A stretch of DNA of 64,000 bases from Dimorphilus gyrociliatus (Eukaryota > Animalia > Annelida), in assembly GCA_904063045.1 (NCBI GenBank), contig CAJFCJ010000007.1, forward strand, positions 430,819 to 494,818, given 5' to 3'. Numbering within the stretch: position 1 is the first letter of the stretch; each line of letters starts with the position of its first letter. The position numbers and the translations under genes were made by a program. This document shows positions 40,983-64,000 of the stretch, piece by piece. The notes beneath the pieces are model-generated. The model was not told where the DNA came from, did no database searches, and saw only the letters and a list, made by a program, of their open reading frames with translations.

Positions 40983-48987
<8,005 letters not shown>

Positions 48988-49606
48988 GGCTTCTGGAGAG
49001 TTGGCGTGATTTCTCGACTTTTAAAGTCAGCCAATCCTTTTAACACCAGAAATGTAATATTCTCTAATCAGGAGCAAAAATCTTTTATCTACTCTTGTGT
49101 CTATAAAAAACTTTATCAATTTTTCCATTCGATGCTTTGTAGTACATTTTATACCAATCAAATTCCACTGTCTATCTGCAAATGCTTTTCAAAAAGAAAC
49201 ACTTTTCCCACATTATTATCAATAAAATAAATCATTAGTCATCTGATCCATAAAAATAATAAAAATAAACTTCAGAATCTTATTGTTATGCTTGCTGTTT
49301 TAACAAACAGGAAATAAAAAACATTATAATAATAACAGGAAATGACACAACTTATAAAAGCTTAGAAAAATATTTAATTTTCCTATTGACTTTTTGACAT
49401 TTCTTATACATTTCTTTACGTTTACATACATTTTTGTATTAAGGACACTATTATATTTTAATGGTTAAAGAACATTTTTCACTTATACCTGACAACAAAC
49501 AACAAGTATCTCGTGTATATATAACAACAAAGAGCTTAAAATTATAAAACCAAGAGAGGACAAAACAATAGAATGCGAAGTGTTAAAACCAAAAAAGCCG
49601 TCACAA

Positions 49607-57633
<8,027 letters not shown>

Positions 57634-58020
57634 ATTTGTCAAATAACCACTCTCTTTTTCATTTTTACTTTTGAAGTAATTTCTGATAATTGCAGGAACA
57701 GGTGTGGTGTGTTATTTTGAATGATTAGAGGTTTAATCGACAGTAATTTTCGTCTAAAATGTGATGAAATGTTTTACACTAATATATACCAACTTGCGAT
57801 AACTTCTTTTGCCGGCTTACTTGCTTTAGTGTTTGCCATATTATTTCAAAGCATTAATATGGTTCGAATTTCGTATTAAATGAATTATTAAACATAATGA
57901 AAGTGAGGCTTATGCTTAGCTACATCATGGCATCAAAGGAGCTATGCCAATAGAAACTTGTCTACTTTTAAGAAATTGATTCTTGTAGAGCTTCTAAGAA
58001 CGGAACAATTTTTTTGAATG

Positions 58021-58248
58021 TTATTTTTTATCTATTGTATTTTTATCGTCAACTGTTTTTATATAGTTTTGAATAGAAAACGGCTGGTAAGAGTCTCCAT
58101 ATTGCTTTTGAAGAATTTTGTTTAGCTCGTGCCGCTGCTGAATTTTTTGGCGTCGTTGCCATTCTGGTAGAATGCCTGTTACAAACAGAATACCAGAAGT
58201 CAAAATTGTTGTTGAATAGAGGACTATTTTTTTCAAAATAGGTTTCAT
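58021..58248 (-). CDS. Candidate 75-aa single-pass membrane microprotein
   Basis: ATG in A-rich context (ctaaaATGAAA), basic N-terminus, one hydrophobic segment (IVLYSTTILTSGILFVTGIL), charged helical tail, and a GC-richer patch ~200 bp upstream. Family not recognised. Confidence 0.5.
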   Translation of the reverse strand: MKPILKKIVLYSTTILTSGILFVTGILPEWQRRQKIQQRHELNKILQKQYGDSYQPFSIQNYIKTVDDKNTIDKK

Positions 58249-58627
58249 TTTAGTTCACTTTTCATCAGACGATTTATTGCTCTCAAGAGAAACGCTTTTG
58301 TTCGAATATTTTCTTAAAGGCTCGTTGAAGATATAGTACCCTGATAAAAATCCGAGGGCGAGAACAAAATATATTTGGTTTCGAGGTATTCTACTTCTGA
58401 AAACCATGAAAAGAGCTGTTTTAGACTATATTTCCAATACCGGGCGACCTCTCCTCGGTCAAGGTCAAAAAGAATAAAAGCAAATTGTTCTAAAACTAAC
58501 TGCCATCTGGTGGCCAAAAACTTTAAGCTGAAACTATAAAAAATTTTATTTTTAAAACATTCATAGCCATTTAAAACTTGAAAAGTTTTGCTAGTAAAAT
58601 ATGACACTTTTTAATAAAATTACAAAA

Positions 58628-60640
58628 CTATTTCCACCTCTGTAGCTCCTCTTCGAGATAGCTGTGAAATTTTAAATGTCCTAGAATTGTTTTGGCTAAT
58701 TCTAAATATGATGCCTTAGCATCAACTGGAATATTTGTTGTCACCACATTAGTTCCATCTCTAATTATGGATCGACCGCATATCGATAGATCAATGACGT
58801 ATATTGCCATCACAGCATCAACAACGTCAACTTGAGTTTTCATCATGAGCTTTGCATGTGCTTTTGCTAAGCGAATCAAAGATTCGAAGAAACGAAGAGT
58901 AGCCTGTCCAGTATCTTTTCCACGATGCTGAGAATTTTTCCTTACATGTCTATAGTACGCTTTCATGACTTCTGCAGCAGGAATTGATACATCAGGTTTC
59001 ATTTCTTCCTTAATGTACATTAAGTAGGCCTTAATATTTTCCACTGACCACACTTCATCTTCGTTTTTTTTTAGTTGTAAACCGATATTGTGGGCTTGGA
59101 TCTTTGATTTTATAATGTGTTTACTTTTCTTTTCTACCCAGTCAGGTGTTAAATCATCACAAAGAACATATATAACATCAAATCTAGACAGAAGGGCAGT
59201 AGACATATTTACGTTTAGAGACAGCGATAAATCCCAATCGTACTTTCCGTGTTTTGGATTTGTTGCCCCTATTAGAGAAGTTCGTGTATTGAGTTTACAT
59301 ACTATTCCTGCTTTCGCTATGCTAACTGTTTGTTGTTCCATAGCTTCGTGTAATAGAGTCCTATCGTTCTCAGACATCGTTGATAGCTCATCAACACAGC
59401 ATATGCCTTTGTCAGCAAGAACCAGTGCTCCAGCCTCCAATGTCCACTCCGAACCTTCCCTAACTGCTACGGCCGTCAAACCTGCTCCTGATGAAAAAAT
59501 CCCTGTGGTTCTAACAGATCGCTGTACAACTCTTGTTGCCCATTGCAAAAGGTGAGATTTCCCTGTTCCAGGATCTCCAATTAGGAGCATATGCGATTGA
59601 CCTCTCGTATGAACGACATCTCTTTCTTGTCGAACACCACCAATTATCACTAGCAATAAAGCAAGTTTGACAACATACATTCCATATATCTGGGGACATA
59701 CGCTTTTCAACAACAGATTAAGGCCCTCGAAAGGATTTTCTTCATATTCTTTCCAGTATTCTGTAAATTTTCTACCAAATTCGCTAGTCATGGTTACAGA
59801 ATTTCGTTGTGGGTGTCGAAATTCAATGTGATTAGCTAAAAATACAAAATCAATATCCGGCCTATTATCAACCTGAAAATTTCTTGTTCTTCTCATAAGA
59901 ATTCCGCAAATTTTCACATCATCACCTGGCCTACAGCAATCAACCAAATCATCTAAAAGAATTATTTCTATCGATTTAGGCACACCCACTGATGTGGCAT
60001 TTTCTTGCATCTTGACTTCTTGAAAATTTGTAGACTTGCTGCGGTCAGGTTCGTGCTGATTTGTAAATGACAGATTCCAGCTCTTGCACCCATTTTTACA
60101 CCTTTTAGGTTTCTTCTGCATAAACCAATTGCCAATTGATAGAGGAATATCGAACGATGTTTGACATTTAGAGCATTTCACTTCTCTCTCCAGAGGTAAC
60201 AATTTAACATTCGAAGTTCTAGTAATAGTTCCACACAATCCAAAAAACTGACCAACGTCTTTCGTTTTGGGCATAACCTCTCGATGAAAAGTCGAAGTAG
60301 TCAATAAACCAAATATTCGACCGTGTACATTTTTTTTGAAAACGTAATTCTTAGAATCTTCTTCTTCTAAGAATTCTCTTTCAACATTTCGAATAGCAAT
60401 CATACAAGCATATAAGAGAACAAAAGGTTCGTCGGTTAGAGCATCTAGAGTATCTTCACAAGCTAGAAATAGATCAACAGCATATATATTTAAAGCATAA
60501 TGGGCATCTGGGTCATCTTCCTCTAAAATATTCTTGATTCCGTTTTTACACTTTATATCAACGCGAAAATAATCCTCCAACTGTGAAAGTAAATCTTTGG
60601 GAATCTCTGAATCTTCCAACTCAAACATTACCTCAGCCAT
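58628..60640 (-). CDS. MCM9: MCM9 DNA helicase, intronless, ~670 aa
   Basis: Zn finger (CSKC...CKNGC), Walker A (GQSHMLLIGDPGTGKS), EAGALVLADKGICCVDE, HEAMEQQTVSIAKAGIVCKLNTRT (MCM9-type), Arg finger LLSRFD, ATLRFFESLIRLAKAHAKL. The probable start is MAEVMF at 60640. Confidence 0.9.
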   Translation of the reverse strand: MAEVMFELEDSEIPKDLLSQLEDYFRVDIKCKNGIKNILEEDDPDAHYALNIYAVDLFLACEDTLDALTDEPFVLLYACMIAIRNVEREFLEEEDSKNYVFKKNVHGRIFGLLTTSTFHREVMPKTKDVGQFFGLCGTITRTSNVKLLPLEREVKCSKCQTSFDIPLSIGNWFMQKKPKRCKNGCKSWNLSFTNQHEPDRSKSTNFQEVKMQENATSVGVPKSIEIILLDDLVDCCRPGDDVKICGILMRRTRNFQVDNRPDIDFVFLANHIEFRHPQRNSVTMTSEFGRKFTEYWKEYEENPFEGLNLLLKSVCPQIYGMYVVKLALLLVIIGGVRQERDVVHTRGQSHMLLIGDPGTGKSHLLQWATRVVQRSVRTTGIFSSGAGLTAVAVREGSEWTLEAGALVLADKGICCVDELSTMSENDRTLLHEAMEQQTVSIAKAGIVCKLNTRTSLIGATNPKHGKYDWDLSLSLNVNMSTALLSRFDVIYVLCDDLTPDWVEKKSKHIIKSKIQAHNIGLQLKKNEDEVWSVENIKAYLMYIKEEMKPDVSIPAAEVMKAYYRHVRKNSQHRGKDTGQATLRFFESLIRLAKAHAKLMMKTQVDVVDAVMAIYVIDLSICGRSIIRDGTNVVTTNIPVDAKASYLELAKTILGHLKFHSYLEEELQRWK

Positions 60641-60708
60641 TATAAATAACTGATTCAAAAAAAAATAACAACGCAAAATTGGGTGATAATACCAGAAAAA
60701 AGAAAATC

Positions 60709-60718
60709 TTGGCGCCAA
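60709..60718. promoter_or_regulatory. E2F-type palindrome TTGGCGCCAA upstream of MCM9
   Basis: Perfect 10-bp palindrome ~70 bp upstream of the MCM9 ATG. TTGGCGC resembles the E2F site core. Confidence 0.45.
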
Positions 60719-60956
60719 TAAAATTTTGGAGTTCGAGAACATTAAATTCTCTGAAAAGCTTGTAGCCAGCCAATATTTATGTGATTACTATAGTGTTTAT
60801 CCTAATTCAAAACAAAAATTAATATGAAACTGTTTATTCTCAGATCTGGCTGGAAAGGAGACTTTATTAAGATTACTCTACAAAAAGAATTTTTATACTC
60901 TAAAGGTTCGTATTTATTCTAATAATTGTATTCGTCCAAGTGAAAAATAACTACTT

Positions 60957-62302
60957 CTAAATTTTGAAAAAGGGAAATTCAGCCGTAGCAGGTTCTATGA
61001 GGTCGGCAAGATAACATACAGTTCCAGCTAAACCTTCAAATAAACTGTAAGGATTATCAGGACGAGAAAATGTTTCTCGAGATTCATCAGACTCGATAAA
61101 TTCAGCAAACTTTAAAGCCCTAATCGAGAATAGATAAATTAATGAAGTAAATAAAATGACTAAGTACTAACCTATATAAATATTTCTCATCGTTAGTAAG
61201 TTTAAATAATAATAAAAACACATATCCAGATCCAGCTATTCCATGACATAATCCGGGCCCTTTTCTCAGGAGACCATAGCGCCAAGCTAATTCTCCTATG
61301 ATTATACACGCTCTTAAGTATCTTTCATCTTTCCAGGTATACCACGATTTTGCAAAGAGGTATATAATGCCTGGTGTTCCGTGACACCAATGAATGAGCT
61401 CACCGTCAAGTTGATTATCATTAGACTCTTGGCAGAGGGGTAAAATATTTCCGTTAGGCTGCATATTAGAAAGTAAGAAGTCTACACATTCCTTAATTAT
61501 TCTTTGTTTTGAAGGATTCTCACTAAACCATTTTCCACAGCTCATAAGCATGAATAGAATTGAACTCAAACCGTGGGAGGCACCTAAGTATTCCTTGCCA
61601 TGAAATGCAAACATAAGAGGACAGGGTGACTTATGTTTTGTGGCGTAATACGTTCCTGATTGAATAATCATGTTACAGACATCGTCTAAAATTTTTCCAG
61701 GAACTGAATTTGGTAATTTTCTATTTAATAACAAAGCACCACACAAGTATCCTGCTCTACCGAAGAATAATTCATCTGATCCAGTGTGTAAGAACATTTG
61801 TGGCATAACTAATTGCGAAAGAGCGCTATATTTTTTCACTAATTTTTCTCTCGACTCGGGCTCTTCGCAACTTTCCAATACTAAAGCTGAAGTTACGTAA
61901 ACACCACCGTTGTCTAACATAAAAGATGAAGCATGGTCAGGATCGCGACCCTTTCCTAAAGAGTAACTTAACGCAACTTCTGCATAATTTCTTGCCCTTG
62001 TTAATAATTCTTGCCGAATTTCGGAGAAGGTCTCCCTATGTTGAGAAAATTTTTAAGTCAAATACATTCATTCTAATTTTGTGTGTTTTCCTTTACCTTT
62101 CTGATAAATAATAAAACATATAAGCAACTCCTGCGCAACCTGTATAGATTCCTCCCTTGCAATTGTCAAAAATAGGAGGCATTTGTTCAATAATTTCTTT
62201 AAAATGGCTTATAATCTGCGATTTCCAATAGTTTTTATCCAACATAAGAGAAGTTCTATCTGATGGATCATAATCTCTCATTTTATTTAGAAAAAATCTC
62301 AT
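60957..62302 (-). CDS. LANCL3: LanC-like protein 3
   Basis: GGIYTGCAGVAY, DELFFGRAGYLCGAL, YLGASHGLSSIL, ELIHWCHGTPG, GLCHGIAGSGY, and last exon 60957-61119 (RPDNPYSLFEGLAGTVCYLADL...FPFF). Three exons. Confidence 0.9.
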
Positions 62303-62687
62303 AACTACTTTAGTTGAGAGTATTTGACCTTTTAATAGGGAAAAATGCGAATAATTTAATACAGTTTTCCTGTTTTCAATTAGACTTTTTTTGCCTGCTT
62401 TCGGTCTCTAATGGTTTCAAAGAAAACCAAAAGCTTTTCATCCAGGAGATGGCGCTATATACAACCAGTTAAATTAGCTTCGCACCAAATGATTTCCTCT
62501 ACCCAATACCCTTTTAAAAAGTCGCATAAATGGCGTAATTGGATTTACTATAAATAGTAAAGTTGAAAGAAAAAATAAGTTGCCCGAAAGTAAAATAATA
62601 ACAGATTTAATCGCAACTGAATATTTCGCTAATAAGAAAACACATTTAAACTTGAGGTTATAACTTCAATATCATTATATTCCAAGA

Positions 62688-63469
62688 ATGGTTGAATCAA
62701 ATTCAGAGATCGATATCTTGTCAGTTCGTATAATCTTAGAATATTCAATATTTTAAAAACATGATAAAAAACTTAAATTGTAACAGATTATTGGCAGATG
62801 TTGTTAAACGATAATATGAGAAAAATATTTATCCTTTGACAATATTTTATTAAATAATTACGTAACGGCTATTTAAATACATAATAATCAATTATATAAT
62901 CTGAAGGTCGTGTATTAAAAAGTTGTTATTCTGCTCCGAATGTGTGACATGAGTGATATGAATAAAAATGAATGTTTTTCTAGATAAGGTCTTGCGAAGC
63001 GTATTTGGATGAATATAAGGAATGCCGAAGTAAGTTTTTCTCTTTTAATATAAGAAATTAACGATTAACAAACAAATTATAGGTTTAAGGGCAAGATTTC
63101 ATCAATATTATATATACGGCAAAACGATTGACTGTCTAGAATGGAAAAAGAATTACGAGAACTGCAAAAAATTTCAAGATACGGGAAAATATGAATTCTT
63201 CGTAAGTAACACGTAACATAAATTATAACAACCAATCATATATTTATATCAATCTATTTTAAAAAAAGGAGAGTCTAGTTGATAATGAAAGAGAACGATA
63301 TCGTAAAAAAATAGAAGAATATAAGAAAAATGACATATGGCAATATAGGAAAGATGCCCCCTCAGACTGGGAATCTCCTCTTCCTGCATCATTAGAGAAA
63401 AATAAACTACCATTATTACCTAAGTCTAATTTACAGAAATACTCTGGAAGTAGCTGTAATATTTTGTAG
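62688..63469 (+). CDS. C22orf39: UPF0545 / C22orf39 (PANTS) homologue, not in the ORF track because its exons are short
   Basis: Exons 62984-63029 (IRSCEAYLDEYKECR), 63083-63201 (SLRARFHQYYIYGKTIDCLEWKKNYENC...) and 63269-63469 (ESLVDNERER...IWQYRKDAPSDWESPLP...CNIL*) join in frame and reproduce the family C-x-x-Y..C / FHxYYxxG / DW..PLP pattern. First exon (ATG 62688) is tentative. Confidence 0.85.
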
Positions 63470-63652
63470 ATTACAAAGAGGTGTTTTTATATATATATGT
63501 CAACACACACACATATATATATATATTTATATATATATAGATCATTTTAAATTTCGTATATATTAATTTTCAAAGACAAATTTATATATACATTCAGTAC
63601 GAGTCACATATAAGTATACCTTGACAAGTTTAAAAAGTTGCCTTTTTAAAAG

Positions 63653-64000
63653 TTATTGCGACGAACCAGATACCGGCGGAAATTCCTCATGGTCATCCAA
63701 TTTTAGAACGTTTTCTGATGTTCCTTCTGCAGTATTCCCTTTTTGATTCTCTGGAGAAGATAATAATTCAGCATGGCTAACTATTTTCAAAAGTAATTTT
63801 TGTTTTTCATGCAAATGTTTTTAACCGCAGAAAATTTTTAAACATTCGACAATCGTTTCAAAAGAAAGATAATTAAAATTGAAACCAAAGTTCGACACAC
63901 CTCTCACTCAAGAAAACATTCACACATCCTTCTTTAAGTAATCCTCATCTATATTATAATCTCCGCACAAATTTTCCATTGAACAAACTACTTTCGGACT
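63653..64000 (-). CDS. Probable 3' end of a gene entering from the right edge
   Basis: Open exon ~63653-63780 (HAELLSSPENQKGNTAEGTSENVLKLDDHEEFPPVSGSSQ*) preceded by an AG, plus an open frame at 63920-64000. The junction could not be resolved. Confidence 0.35.

Noticed and set aside
57855-57880. GGTTCGAAT T-loop-like motif (also GTTCGA at ~1058 and ~60732) suggesting tRNAs
   Set aside because: No cloverleaf stems or A box around any of them.
58314-58607. 97-aa minus-strand ORF downstream of MCM9
   Set aside because: Non-ATG start, no recognisable motif, and it overlaps the likely UTR/promoter interval. Kept only as a possible MCM9 splice extension to test.
59088-59555. 155-aa plus-strand ORF, and similar antisense ORFs over PDE, DENND4 and the GPCRs
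   Set aside because: Shadow frames of well-supported opposite-strand genes.

Overview
AT-rich, gene-dense animal (invertebrate) genomic DNA, with most introns about 45-120 nt and frequent TA/GA microsatellites. The gene set and compaction fit a small-genome lophotrochozoan such as a miniature annelid; that is inference and unverified. Genes in order: 5' part of an unidentified minus-strand gene; G3BP, hosting two intronic C/D snoRNAs (SNORD16-like and SNORD103/85-like); SPARC; a dual-GAF phosphodiesterase (PDE5/6/11 family); an ankyrin/SOCS-box protein; SUGP1; a MARVEL-like membrane protein; DENND4/Crag; a ~6 kb ORF-free interval; a CRAL-TRIO protein; Tob; a highly divergent ionotropic-receptor-like gene; two tandem giant GRL101-type LRR GPCRs; a small single-TM ORF; MCM9; LANCL3; C22orf39/UPF0545; and a probable 3' gene fragment at the right edge. 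The most striking structure is the GPCR pair. The two copies are a mosaic of essentially identical tracts (introns included) and strongly diverged tracts, so the LDLa-LRR-7TM core is shared while the CUB/lectin ectodomain and the cytoplasmic tail differ. Exon boundaries and alignments were done by eye and no database searches were run.
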